From positions 722,384 through 786,383 of the forward strand of contig JBNZDD010013510.1 of the NCBI GenBank assembly GCA_050575255.1: a stretch of 64,000 nucleotides of DNA, written 5' to 3'. The notes beneath the pieces were generated by a model. It saw only the letters and a program-made list of their open reading frames with translations, did no database searches and had not been told where the DNA came from. The position numbers and the translations under genes are program-made. This DNA is from Harriotta raleighana (lineage: Eukaryota). Below, one piece after another: positions 1-13,130 of this stretch. How positions within the stretch are numbered: the first letter of the stretch is position 1; the number at the start of each line of letters is the position of its first letter.

Positions 1-480
1 AGAAATACTGTTAAAGTTAATATCAAATATAAAACCCTGAGAATGGGATAGATGGAGGCGAAGAGAAATAAAACCTGATTGTGTTTTTACAGATTGGGTT
101 GCATAAAATTCACTTTGCAATAATAAACGTGCTTCTGATAACTGAGCAGCAGAGTAAAGGTTTAGTTCACAGTTATTATGACAGAGTAAAGAGTGCTTTG
201 GTAAGTTAAAAATGGATCCACAATTTCCCAGAGGGTTCACGAGTCATCGACTCTACAATTTCTCACTCGGCATTTGGTTGAAACCATTATTGACAAATCT
301 AGTGGGTCACTGTTTGCAGCCAGCGACACAGAAGCAATCTCCAGGACTGCTGCTGAGCTCAAAAGTATTCACTGGAATGAGCAGCGCATTTTGAGATACT
401 GAAAAAGACACCATACAAGCAGGGATACATGTGAATATCTTTGCCTTAAAAGGTTAGAACCAACTAAAGGAAGATCACAC

Positions 481-597
481 AAACAACAACAAAATTTGCA
501 TAGCGCCTTTCACAATCAGGAGAAAGTCCCAAGAGCTGGACAATCAGTGTGTCGGACACGAGCTGGGGATCGGAACTAAGGATGGGGGAGGAGGGGA
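481..597 (-). mobile_element. L2 LINE 3' tail fragment
   Basis: Reverse complement ends ...GTGAAAGGCGCTATGCAAATTTTGTTGTTGTTT and is preceded by a pyrimidine-rich 3'UTR; same tail as the 36401-36611 copy. Confidence 0.6.
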
Positions 598-711
598 TAC
601 CATTTAAAACTGTGATGACTGAGGTAAATCTATAAGGTTGTTGAGGGAGATACCCTTTGGAATGATTGTAATAACTATTACTGGAGGGAATTTGTATTTG
701 TTATTATTAAA

Positions 712-880
712 CAATAATAATTTGGTCACACGTCCACGACTTTTATGGACAATGCTCTGCACAATTGGCTGTGGCTGTTTGCCTGTAAAATATACACTTG
801 ATATACTTTACAGTATATTCTGTGAAGTGCTTTAAGACATCTGGAAGACATTATAAGGAGCTATATCAAATGTAAGCATA
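712..880 (+). mobile_element. degraded 3' half of the dominant tRNA-derived SINE
   Basis: GCACAATTGGCTG...CTTTACAGTATATTCTGTGAAGTGCTTTAAGACATCTGGAAGAC...GCTATATCAAATGTAAG matches the family tail. Confidence 0.75.
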
Positions 881-1554
881 CTTGTTTGTGCGATTAATGC
901 TGGAACACAATTGGGGTGAGTGACAGTTTTCACCTCTAGATCTTCCTGTGGAAAACTGGATACTGAAGGGGTATTGACATCCATGGAACTGTATTCCCAT
1001 CATGAATTACCGCAGAACAGAAGTGAGACAACCCAGGAAACTAGACAAAAAACATTTCAGTGAAGTCTGTATCTGTAACAGGATAACTCACGCGTATTAT
1101 CGTATTGGGACATTGATACCTGAATTGGAGAAGAATCCGTTCCACATTGGAAGGAATTGCTTACAAAGCCACTGCTGGTTCAGAGTGCTAATTTGTACAA
1201 GGTATTAAACACTCTTGTCATTGGGCTGCTCATAAAAATTGACAGCTAACTAGTCTCTAAGTACCAATGTTAATCTCTGGCTCACACTCTGCTTGAGATT
1301 TGATGGCTTTTACCGTCACTATTGATCATGGTTTTAGTTAATTTAATGACTGCTCCACTGTGAAGAAAAAAACCCTCCTGTGCCAAAGTGTTGATGAAAC
1401 ATTGCCAAACTCACCAGAGTTGTTTTGTTTCCAGTTGCATACAATTGGCTGCTTCTTGGGACTAAAGTGGATGCTTGGGGTGAGAGAAAATGAAGTCAAT
1501 CAGGATTAGGATTTGAAACAAAATCTGCAACGCAAGGACAAGTTATGGTATCTT

Positions 1555-1811
1555 GGCAGGTCAGGGCGAAACCTTGGGCAAGTTTCCTTATTCCACCTGC
1601 CTAATAATAATCTCTCAAAAAAAAACACAATAGTGTAATAAAATCAGTCACTTCAATCCATGACTGTTTGTAGGACACTGCAGTGCGCAATTGCCTGCTG
1701 CGTTTTGCCCACAAGCAAACAGTCAATTCACTTTACGCTATATTCTGTGAAGCACTTTGAGACTTCGATAAGATGTGAAAAGCGCTATATCAAATACAAG
1801 GATTATTATTA
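1555..1811 (+). mobile_element. tRNA-derived SINE, 5'-truncated
   Basis: GGCAGGTCAGGGCGAAACCTTGGGCAAGTTTCCTTA...GTGAAAAGCGCTATATCAAATACAAGGATTATTATT; closely matches the 19114 and 50400 copies. Confidence 0.9.
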
Positions 1812-2464
1812 TAGTATTACTGTATTATTATTCTTATTATATTTTGTCTGCAGTTATCTCCAACCAACGTTTATCATTTTATTTTTTGTAATGGAAATTT
1901 AAGAAAGAAATCTTTTCTTCGAGTTGTTTTGCCTTCCCGCCTGCAAATTAGTGGTCTGACCTAGTTACAGAAATCAATCGTAATTGGCAACAGCCATTTT
2001 TTGCAAGAGAGGCTGCTACATTGGATATTTTCCTTCTAAGTGGTTCCTCTCAAGGTTGATCTTTTTTGTCCCCTTTGCTCCCCCTTTTCAGACCTCGATG
2101 CATCACAAGTGTTTTCTGACTGCTTTTTCGTGGACATTTCCCATTATATGTGCAAGCAGGAATACACTTAAGAAATTCTTGAAACACTACCTCAGTACTA
2201 TTTCCCTGTGTTTGTTGACCCAAGGATATATCAAATATTTATTGTTATCTGCGATTTTTTTTCTCTTGTCTCAAGCNCTGGAAAACATTTGACCCAAGGA
2301 TATATCAAATATTTATTGTTATCTGCGATTTTTTTTCTCTTGTCTCAAGCTTCTGTTTCTCATTTATGTTTTTTGGGGGGTTTATTCTCTCTCCCCCGCC
2401 CAACTCTTTTTCTTTCTCTCTCACGTAAAACGGCTTCTAAGAAAAATTTTGATGCCCATGATTA

Positions 2465-2650
2465 ACAACAATAATAAATCTTGCACCTGATATAATGCTT
2501 ATCACATGTCAACTTATCAAAGCACTTCACAAGATGTATGACAGTTTTCTTTTGTGGATGAACGCAGCAGCCAATTTGCACACAGCAAATTGTCATTCCA
2601 CAAACAGCCGTGGAGAGGATGACCAATACAAATATATTCTTCAGTGCTGG
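2465..2650 (-). mobile_element. degraded SINE 3' half (Deu-like core plus tail)
   Basis: GCAGCCAATTTGCACACAGCA...CCACAAACAGCC and AAAGCACTTCACA are reverse complements of family motifs. Confidence 0.7.
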
Positions 2651-3157
2651 CAGCTATACCAACAGCAAATGTTACAGCAGCTGGATTATTAAACTTCCGA
2701 TTACTGTTTTTTTGCTGGTCTTCCTATATCCTAGATGCAAAGGTAGGCATACGGTTATTGATATAGAACCATGTGCGAGTGTTTTTAACAAATGGTGGCA
2801 TTTTTATTTAAGTGTCTTAGCATTTGTCTCACCATTCTGTCTCCTGATGTATTCCTCTAGGGATTTATTCACTTTCTCCTTGTTCCTCCTCTACCAAACT
2901 GACCATTTTCACTCAGAAGCTGATCGTATCCATTCCTTTATTGATAATGATGATTTCACAATGCTTTCATCAACTGTCTTCAGACGGCACATTTCCTCCC
3001 TCCCTTTCTCTCCCTCTGCATATGTCTACATATCCCATCTTTCTCTCTCTTTGTCACTCACACATATACACTGCATGCTTGTATGTGTACACATATTTTA
3101 TCATTTTATCTAATGTTTTAAACACACTACTTTAGAATATATGAATAATAATCACAG

Positions 3158-3318
3158 TAATCCTTGTATTTGATATTCGGATTTATCAGATTTTCTAGAC
3201 GTCTCAAAGTGTTTCACAGAATGTACTGTAAAGTGAATTGGACTATGTTGTGTGGTGGAACATGGCAGTCAATTGCGCACAAACAGTTGTGGATTAAGTG
3301 ATCAATAACTTTATGACC
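3158..3318 (-). mobile_element. SINE 3' half
   Basis: AATCCTTGTATTTGATA...GACGTCTCAAAGTGTTTCACAGAATGTACTGTAAAGTGAATTG...CAATTGCGCAC. Confidence 0.8.
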
Positions 3319-3461
3319 TTTAATGATTGCTCCTGTGAACATTTCTCTTGTCTCCTCTAAGTTCCATATATGCTATCCTTCATGATCCTTCTCTGTGCAT
3401 CCCTATTGTGTCTATATAAATACCCATCACACTGTCTATTCTATCCTTCTCTTTCCTTGTA

Positions 3462-3810
3462 CAGTAAAATTATGATAATCCAGCTCGTTCGGGACCTAGG
3501 CGGTGCCGGTTTAGCAAATATGCCGGATTATTGGACGTTACTCTTAGGGATGGGAGGATTTGAGTGTGCTGTGCTCTTATCTATGTTACACACCTGTATA
3601 GCGAAACCCAGAGCTCTCTCCATCCCGGCGGAGCAGCCTGTCTGCCTAAAGAGGCATCGCACCCCCCAAAAGTGAATTTGAGAAAAAAAATTGCAATTTA
3701 TTGAGGGCCTCGGCTCTTCACCCTCGATTTTGTAACGTAAAGAAAATTACTTTGCATGTTTGCTTCTCTTGTGCGTGTCGCTAGCCGCAAACATACAATA
3801 TAAATGCGAT
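3462..3810. mobile_element. Tigger/pogo-like DNA transposon end (one TIR seen; right boundary uncertain)
   Basis: TA|CAGTAAAATTATGATAATCCAGC...GGTGCCGG...TGCCGGATTATTGGA resembles the termini of the 23058, 30487 and 51902 MITEs; locally CpG-rich. Confidence 0.55.
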
Positions 3811-5567
3811 ATCATAGTCTGATTTATGTCCCCAGAGGGAAGAATATTGACTAGTTGTCTTCCTTTATCAAGAAATCAAACCTCATTTGACATTGCACAG
3901 CGCAAAGCTGCCTGTGTCTTACTCAGATGTTCCTTTTGCTGTGTAAGGAGGACAACTCCGGGCTAATCACCATGATCTGGAAAGGAAAATGAATAAAACA
4001 AATTGATTAATCATGACGAATATGCAATGCAATTTAAGGAGCTTCCATGCAGATTAATAAGATTGTTTTCAGACTGTTCTTCATTATCCACCGGAACGCC
4101 CCAGATTAATGTCGCCCTGCTCAAGGAGACTTGAGTCCAGAATGTTTCTTTCTTTTTAGTAAAGCTCATTCTTCACAAATTATATATTTTTTAAAAGGAG
4201 TAGAAAGTTTACAAATATGGCAATGCCCTGGAAATTAGATTTGGAAGAGGTCATCTTTGAACACCGATCTGTGAAGTTTCACTAGTTACAGAGGTTCAAA
4301 TAGAGAAAAAAAAACTTCTCTATCAAGTGTTCGGTGAGCTGTGGGGATATCATGGCTTGAAATGTGGTCGTCTTTTTCTTTATCAGCATGATGAAAACAC
4401 AGATTATTTCTAGCAGTTGGATCATCATGTCTATCATGTAACTAGCCCTGCTAACCTTCAACCTTCTCATTCCCTGTGCTTTTCCTGAGCTCACCCCAAC
4501 CAAAATCTCTTCATCTATTTGGATTGTCAGAAAATCTTCCATCCTGGGAAAGTTAACGTAATTGTAACCAACTTGTTTGTGCTCTTTAAAAACCTTTCCA
4601 AATAAATTTGGCTTGTGAAAAAGCTAAGTCATGTTTCTTTCTGAGCCAGAGTTCTTGGGGGCATTTTCTCGCACAACCGGTAGAGAGACCTCGATAAAGT
4701 TACTGTCCTCAGAATACACTGTAGGAACGAACAGTGTTCCACATGCTTATCCGCCAAGTGATGAAAATAGATTTCTGCAGCATTTGGCAACCTTGGTTAG
4801 GCTTGTCGAAATGAAAACATTTTAAGAAAGGGTTTTTAATCATAATACAGTATTAAAAAGCCTGCAAATAAAATATTTTCCAAAACACTTAGGATTTTAT
4901 GAACCAAAAGTGAATTGTTCACATTTTTAACATGGCAGGATTGTAAATTACACCAATTTCCACCTTAAGCAATGACTTCCTTTCTGAACTTGTATAATTG
5001 AGCTGTGTTGACATGGCTTGTCATTCTTGGTTAAAGACATCTAGTATTTTGGCTACATTCTCGGGGATTTGCCCTTCATTAAGGAAGAGCAATGTGCAAA
5101 TTGAAGCCCCAAGCAATCCAAAAAACTGCAACACTGTCACCAGGTTTATCCGTGGTTCACTGCTATGGAATAGAGGCGATGACAGATCCTCTTTCTGCGT
5201 TTTGGATTAGGAGAAGAGAATAAATAGCCGAGAGAGATCCTTATGCTTATGGAACAGTCCAGAGGCAATGCAAAAATGACTTCTTTGTGTCTGTTTTTTT
5301 TGCTTTTCTTTCCATCAGTTTGGTTTTGCATTTCCGGGTCCATTTAAATTTAACTTGATTCCATCTGAAAGTCATAAAAATTTTCAATGTTTTAAAATTC
5401 TTTTTCAATCAACCTCATTTACAATGCTACGCAAAAATTGCATTTGTATAGTGCCTTTCACATTATGAAGACATTCCAGGCCTTGGCACTTCTTGCCTTC
5501 CAGTCATAAATCTTTAATGCTTTTACTGCGGAAAGTCTTTTGGACACATAATAATAATAATGATTAT

Positions 5568-5678
5568 CGCCCATAAAATATACAGTCAATTCACTTTACC
5601 GTATATTCTACAAAGTGCTTTGAGTTGCCTCGAAGACGTGAAAAGGAGCTTTATCACATGCAAGCATTATTATTATTG
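5568..5678 (+). mobile_element. SINE 3' tail fragment
   Basis: ATATACAGTCAATTCACTTTACCGTATATTC...GTGCTTTGAG...GACGTGAAAAGG...CATTATTATTATT. Confidence 0.8.
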
Positions 5679-8600
5679 TACTGTACCACTTTCATCCCTC
5701 CCATACATTGAAAAAGGATAAACTTCAACAGAATAGTGACATAGCTTTGAATGACATCCAAAGCTTTATCAGCAGAACCCCCACCTATGTTAGTTTCAAG
5801 AAACTCAAGTGTTGGGTGTCATTCAAATCTATGTGTTGAAATAGTATTGTAGCTTGTCGCGGGCTAACTGTCACCAGCAGAAAAGTGTGCAGGACCTCAG
5901 GTGTTCTCTGTTGCAGGGGACAATAATTTTTTTTCCTGCATTACATTGAGTGTCAGCTCACTGCATGTTCCAACTGTTTCAAAGGAAACCTTGCCTGCAG
6001 AGATAGGGATGGAAATTACCTTGAAAGTTTGATTTCAGAGAATGTTCTATAATTTGGTAAATGTACAGCAGTTGTATTCTTCTGTACAGCTTGATGTGTG
6101 TTATTGAGACTTTGAGATGTACACATTTGAATCCTAATCCTTATTCAGCCCTCCAAAGTTTTGTTGCTTGAAGGGCATTTTTGCTTCATAAGTTGCTGCA
6201 TATTTCCAGATGTTTTCAACTCTTGAAACGAAAGAGAGAGAAGCATGCCAGCAGGATGGGGTTAGACAAACAGCTTTACACTTTCCAAGTAAGACTGACT
6301 GAATTTTTATTAATACTTGGAAGGCAAAATGTGTTTGCAGTGACTTTTGGGGGGAGGGGGGGAGAGCATGTGTTGTTTTCCTAATGATGATTGTGCATTT
6401 GACGCAATTTACCACATTGTTCTGTGTTTGTACTCTTTAACATCCTTGCTCTCCAATAACAACGCTAGAAATGTTGTTGCTAACATCTTATGTGCATTTG
6501 GNAGAGGATGTGTTGTTTTCCTGATGATGATTGTGCATTTGGCGCAATTTACCACATTGTTCTGTGTTTGTAACTAATTAAAAGATACCATTCATTAAGA
6601 TATTGACTCTTTAACATCCTTGCTGTCCAATAACAACGCTAGAAATGTTGTTGCTAACATCTTATGTGCATTTGGGTGTTTTCATTGGGACAGTGAAGGA
6701 GAGGAGAACACTGTGTGGTGTTACAACTCAGTATAGCTTCGGTTTGATACCTGGTTTGTCTGGTTGGTTGTTTGGTTTCATTGGAGCAGTAGTGGAGGAG
6801 ACTTGAATAGCTAAGGTACACATTTCTTATCTTTATGCAGTGATTCTGAGGATAGAGCTAGACTGTCAAATACCCTATTGATCCACGCTTTCTGAGCTCC
6901 AACAGAAAGAATGGTCGGTTGGGCATAACACTGGAGCGTTTGCAGCATCCAGAGAACTAAGGAACGGGTCGGTGCTTTCGGGAGGGGGAATGTATAACAC
7001 TACCATTTCCTTTCTGTAATGTTTTTTCTTTTTGTTTCCGTTTTTGGTTAGGGCGCCACAAAATGATTACAACTAGCTCATGTGGCTGTATTTATTTGAT
7101 TAATGGCTGCATTTAATCCTTCCTATGTGATTTTTTTGTAATCCAGGCTCAAATTATATAGATTAAAGGGCACTGGTCCAAATCATATCTTATCAGTTTA
7201 AAACCTGGTATTTGTTGTTGGGATCCTATGCACAAAATGAACGACCATTCTTAACATACTGCAGTTTTCTGCCCACACTCTGTACGCTGGTATTAAAGCC
7301 AAGAAACTTGAGTGATTTAATGCCCTAATCACACCTCAATCATCTGTGTGAAATGGTTCCTCGCCTTTTAAACTTTTTTTTAATGGAAACAAATTCTTAT
7401 TTATTAATTTGATCATTTTGTTGCTTTGCTTGGCCCACAAGCCAAAGATCTCGTGGGTATTAAAAGAAGAAGGGACTTGGTCAACAGTCCTTATGTTAAA
7501 TACTGGCCATCCCACATTGTAGTATTGTCATTGCGTAGTACACAGGCATGAGATGTTTAGATTATTTTACTCTATGCCCCTCGCTGTCTCCTGTGAGATA
7601 AGATGTTGCTTATTCCAAGTCCATATGGATAATTTAAACTAAATGTTCAATTATGGCTTTTTTATTAAAAAAAAGTTTTCCCTGTTAAAATGACAACATA
7701 AAATTGCTGAAAGTAAATGGTCGATGAGTTCAGGCACTCAATTCCAGTCAGTTTAGTTCATTTTGTTAGTGTTTAATTTAGGAAGTTTAATAACTCTGAA
7801 GCCTTCAATGGAAAAATGTGACTTTCAATTGATTGACCCCAGAGAATAAATATTGAAGTTATTTGGCTTAGCTGGAAGTGTATTGATTTGCTATTATCAA
7901 ACCTTGTCTATATATCTATGCTTTGGTTTGCTGGTGTGCTTCCATTCATTTGACTGATGTACATTTGTGTTTTGACTTTCCCATTTAACCTTGCGAGTTT
8001 TGTTGTTGAATTTGTTCATCACAGAGCTTTAATCCGAAATGAATGACTGCGTCCAGCTATTGATTTCACTCTCTGATATTAGTAGTCTGTTAAAATGTCC
8101 AGGGCTGGCAGGCAAGGCTGTTTGGCTTGCCATAGGAGTTGTTTTTTTCCCCCAAAAAAGAGTGTTTACAGCTCTCTGATGTTAAAAGGCAGAATAAAAT
8201 GATACTGGTTGAATGGAAACAACACTCAATAAAGTGTTTAGCACTCTTTATTTGCAAAGATGAGTAGAAGTTGTACTTAGTGCTCCATTATCTACTTAAC
8301 AGACCTACTCAGTCAAGCTTCTTTAGACAAACTAATCTGAGAAATGTGACATTTACTTAAAGGGTAATGAATAGTTACCTATTCCTTTAGTTTTATGTAC
8401 ACCTGCGGGTGCCTCTCAGTCACCTTTGTTTTACACAGTCAGATTGCAGGATGAAAGTCACCAAGAGAAGAAAGATTCTGCCATCCTTTGCTCATTGATG
8501 TTGCCTCCAATGGCATTATAAATTCAGAAGATTGTCTGTGTTAATAATGTCACAGTGAAGCGAGTTGTCTGCCCTCAAGGCCTTGCTCCATCATTCACTT

Positions 8601-9304
8601 CATGCTTCTAGTTTTGACAACTTTTACCCTTTTCCAATCTCAAGCCTCCATTCGTTGCCGAGTCTAGGATTGACGCAGTTTAACTCAGTGTCTGAAATTC
8701 GTTCACATCAGTGTGCAAGGTGACAGCCTACTGTACATTTTTATCTGCTTGATAACACAGAGGAGATCACGTTTCACTCTCGATGTGCCGAGTAATTCCT
8801 CATATTCTGCGCTGTTTCAGGTATTCCTAATAGGCAGCCATACACCAATTGCTCATTCACCGTGGGTCCATTATAGTTTAATGGGAGAAAGTTCAACTTC
8901 TGTAACTAAATGGGGGCTTTCACATCACTCATCTGCCTCACTGTATGTCCGGCTTTATGCAAGTAAAGACTGTATAGAAATTGATGTAACTGCACAGAAT
9001 TCAAATTGACACATAAATGGTAAGGCACTCTTAAAAACAAACGTTGTTCCTTTTCATGAAGATATCTTGCACATACAAAACATTACTTGAGTCATTTGCC
9101 CAAAGAAAGTCTGGCCATCGAAATAACTCTAGAGTTGGCTAGAGCAAGTGAAAAGGGGTTTGAACAAGAAGATCCAGTATTAATTTTCAGAGGAATGTCT
9201 CATCAATGGAAGTGGAGGCTTTGATGTTGAACAACTACACACATTTTATACCATTAGTGAGGGGGTTTCTCATGTGTCAGTATGGTATCATGATCATAAT
9301 CATA

Positions 9305-9600
9305 GAGTCTAGTTGCTCAGTGGTTAGAGCACTCTCGCTCTGCAAGTGAGAGATCTGGGTTTGATTCCCGGCAGGGCGAAACCTTGGATAAATTTTCTTA
9401 TTCCACACGCCTAATAATAATCTCTCAAGAAAAAAACAATAATGAATTGGTCACTTAAATCTACAACTGTTTGTGGGACATTGGCTGCTGGGCTTCACCA
9501 ACAAATTCAATTCACTTCACAGTACACTCTGTGAAGCACTTTGAGATGTCTAGAAGACGTGAAAAGCTCAAAATCAAATGCAACGATTATTTATTTATTG
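9305..9600 (+). mobile_element. full-length tRNA-derived SINE
   Basis: A-box TTGCTCAGTGG and B-box GGTTTGATTCCC, then GGCGAAACCTTGG body and L2-like tail ending in (TTAT)n. Confidence 0.9.
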
Positions 9601-10393
9601 TTATATTAATTAATCCTTACAGCTGATATGGTGTCTTTCACAATGAGAGGTGCTTTTGTGGGTGTTAGAAACGCAAATACAGTTTACACCTTCCTTATAT
9701 TTTTCATTCCATTTCAATACTTTTTATTCTGTCACTCATTTGGGGGAATTCTACTGGTGGAAATAAATGTCTAAAATTATGGTATTGCTGCTTCAACAGC
9801 AGTTCATTGCATTTAGGGTTTAAAATAAACCATCCAATTTGGAAGAAATACAAATAGCCACTAGTAACAATGGCATTGCTTCACTTTCTTCCTGATTTCT
9901 TGCCTGTGAAGCATATTTGCAGCAAGAATTCCAGCGAGTCTTCGATAGAAATATAGACCCACAGTGGTTTATTAAAATATGCTATTGCTGGATCATTTAC
10001 GAAGGATATTCTGCGTCTAGATGGCAGTCGGAACACTTAGCCTCTATCTTCCTCCTGAATAAATGATGCAGATCAGAAACTGTTGAATAATAAATGTCTT
10101 CATCAATCTGGACCATAATCTAAATTAGTAGAAACTATAATTCAAGAATCTGGTGCATGCAGGATGCTGCCACTGCTACTTGCGTAATGTGAGGCAATGC
10201 TGTCCCCTCGACTAAGGTGGCCTGCTACACAGCTGCTCATTGTATCTAGGCTTCATGTGTTGCTTTAATGATGCTGCACGTGTGATAGATATTAATATTA
10301 CTACAGGTATAGAAATGCTCTACGTTTGTGTAACTCCTGGAGAAGCGGATAATGATTTATTCCTGGGGAGGCCCTCTTCTAATCGTCACACAG

Positions 10394-10416
10394 TATATAT
10401 ATATATATATATATAT
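10394..10416. repeat. (TA)n microsatellite
   Basis: Directly visible TA run. Confidence 0.95.
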
Positions 10417-11119
10417 GAGGTTTATGCAATTGTGACTCCTGACTACTCCACCCATTAACAAATAAGTGCTGAACCTAGGGCAGTGTCTGCTGGCTGCTGC
10501 ATCTGAACTACATTCCGTCAATGTTTCGCTTTGATTGCACTGCTGATTGCAAATCAGCCAAGCTTCAAGCACAACGTTTAATCCTCTAAATCAGGAATGC
10601 CCAACCTGGCGAGCTGCATTAAGCATTAAGCGTAAAATAGTCAGGCAAATTTACCATCGCTGCTATAAATGTTGAAAGATTTTGTTTTATTCATGTGCGT
10701 GAGATAATGAAGTAACATTAGAAGGCGTTTTTGTTTCATTTGAATGCATGATATTACAGGTAATATTGTAAGAATAGTTCCGCACCCACTTCCATCACTT
10801 CATTATTTATTATCTTGTTGTTAGTTCCCGTGATACAGAACCCAGTCTTGTCGTCTTCATTGATAAAGAAGCACATTGTCTGACAGACAAAGTAAAATCT
10901 TGCAGCTTCTTTGCAATCCTGAATCTGACAACCTGTTTTGCGGAAACATTCATTAGTTAGTGTACTTTTGACAAGACATTCTGATATTTGATTTCCTCAA
11001 AACATAACATTCGTTACTCTCTTGTTCAGTGCTTCAGATGTTTTGACGTGATAATGTGCAACATTAAATAGGAGTGTTATTTATTGTTAAACAGAATTGA
11101 CTGTATATTTTATTTATAA

Positions 11120-11222
11120 AGTACAATTAATTCACTTTACAGTATATTCTGAGAAGCACTTTGAGACGTCTCGAAGACATGACAAGGCACTATATCAAAT
11201 GAAAGTACTGTATTATTTATTA
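11120..11222 (+). mobile_element. SINE 3' tail fragment
   Basis: AATTCACTTTACAGTATATTCTGAGAAGCACTTTGAGACGTCTCGAAGACATGACAAGGCACTATATCAAATG. Confidence 0.85.
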
Positions 11223-12425
11223 CCACGTAACACGATATTGTGATTTATAGGATTCTAAAATCATCCGTTCTCATGGGTGGCAGATTTGCAGGGAGTTTAA
11301 GAATTTGCTTTCTGTGATCACATCTTCAATGGCATTCGAGGGCATCATGGATGGATGATGGCCTCCCATATGGAAAAAATAAAGGATGTTGGTCAGTTTT
11401 CCTTGTTTAGAGCTATGGTATTCCACTCCAGTTTCAGCAAACAGTTTTGTTCACTCCGTTCTCTTTCTGTCAGCAAAACTGAAAGTCTGATTTTTTTTTA
11501 CACACAAGATTTGTAGCCACAGAAGTGATGAGTCCGATTCATGATTCGCAGCAGGAAATGATTATTTCAGGATCTGGGGTCACGAGGTGGATGAGAATCT
11601 TTTCCTTTTACTCACAGACCTACTAAATTCAGGTCAAATTGATGGAACAAAAGTTGCTGTGCAGGCGCACAGTATGCAAACAACATACAGTAGTAATCTT
11701 GTTTGGCAGCAAAAGGCAGCAGAATTCTGATTCAGTCAGGAGGTACAACAGTGAGTTTTCATGGCATGTTTATTTCCTGCACAAAACTACACAGTGTAAT
11801 TCAGCACTACCAACAGTGATTACACAGACACGCTAGTCACAGCAGCCGGGCATCATTTTCCCAGCACAATCTTGCAGAATCTTAGGTATTTTTTCGAACA
11901 CGTATCCTGTGTTGCTCAGAATCGATAGATGCCCTTCATCCTCCCCCACAGACACGATTGATTGATTGATTATGTAGCTGTGATGTATGCCTCACGTTGA
12001 TTTGTGGCCACTTGACATTCCCCACAACCTAAACTTTCAAGCGGTTGGTCAGAATGAATGAAGCGAGACCTGCCTTAATTGGATGTTGATCGCAGTGGGA
12101 TTAGCTACTGACCCAGTAAAGCAGTACAATTTTATATTTTTCAATGCAATTCATTCATGACGGACAAAATCCTCTGTTTTAACATCTACCTTTAGAACAC
12201 AATGGTACGGTAGTCATTTCCAGCAGTACTTTGGGAATCTTTGAGGACCTTTGAGGATCTTGCCACTTGCCCAGTTTCAGTGAACATTGTCCCTTTCCCT
12301 GCACTTCTGTAATCTGGGAAAGTGAATTGGAAATCACAGCTATCAGTGCATTTTCTTATATATTGCTGTTTCAAAGAAAACAGGACCTGTAGAAATCAAA
12401 TATAATAAATTATCAAAACACTATA

Positions 12426-13074
12426 CAGTAGAACCTCGCCAAACGCGGAGGTTACATTCCTGGAAAACAGCGCTCGGTAAAATTGCGTTCGATAAACTTA
12501 ATAAGTAATGGGAAAAAAGGGGTTAGGGGAATCCATCCACAGGCTATGCAACTTCAAGCCTCCAGGAACATCCACACCCGACCAACGCAAGGTACGTACT
12601 GAGGCGGGCTACAGCCGGCTGGCCCGCTCGTCACTCTCCTCGCTCTCACTGACTCACTGGAGACAATAAAACAGCACCTTATTCTGCCACAGCTTGGCTA
12701 AATTATTTTACTTTTGGTCCTGGAAGTGTTAGGAGACTCTCTCTCTCTCTCTTTCTCTGTCTCTTATGTTTACCATGCAGTGCTATCAGGTTGCTCCGAG
12801 GCCGAGGAATCTTCGGGGGCTGGCGGCGTCTTCCCAAGTGTGCATTGCGCGCAGGACTGGTGTCCTCCTAAATGCACATGCGCGCGGAGCCAGCCAGCCA
12901 AGGAATCATTGGACTTAGTTGGAAGTTGCTGGCGTCCTCCCAAATGCGCACGGGCGAGAGGCCAGCAGCGCGTATACGCAAATTTTACTTGCATTATGCA
13001 AAAAAGTGCTGCATTTATTTCTGCGCGTATAGGCGAATCTGCAGTTGAGAAAGTCATGTTCGTCAAGGGTTGAC

Positions 13075-13076
<2 letters not shown>
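12426..13076. mobile_element. Tigger/pogo-type non-autonomous DNA transposon, about 650 bp
   Basis: Left end TA|CAGTAGAACCTCGCCAAACGCG; right end CATGTTCGTCAAGGGTTGACAA|TATA is an imperfect inverted match. Interior is GC/CpG-rich against AT-rich flanks. Confidence 0.7.
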
Positions 13077-13111
<35 letters not shown>

Positions 13112-13130
13112 TGTGTGTGCGTTTGTGTGT
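13077..13130. repeat. compound microsatellite (TA)n(GA)n(GT)n
   Basis: Directly visible; abuts the transposon right end. Confidence 0.95.

Noticed and set aside
4282-5343. Possible decayed pogo/Tigger transposase on the minus strand (DEEIL, KVS and basic N-terminal patches) linked to the 3462 TIR
   Set aside because: No HTH or DDE motif and no matching second TIR; the similarity is too vague.
9305-9375. tRNA genes at SINE heads (also 19114, 22675, 38057, 50650-50724)
   Set aside because: Each continues into the SINE body, lacks a poly-T terminator and has stem or B-box defects.
10584-10625. hAT/Charlie-like terminus CTCTAAAT|CAGGAATGCCCAACC
   Set aside because: No matching opposite terminus or duplicated target site found.
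12714-13073. 119-aa ORF and CpG-rich patch as a gene or CpG-island promoter
   Set aside because: It lies inside a TIR-bounded transposon and shows no recognisable domain.
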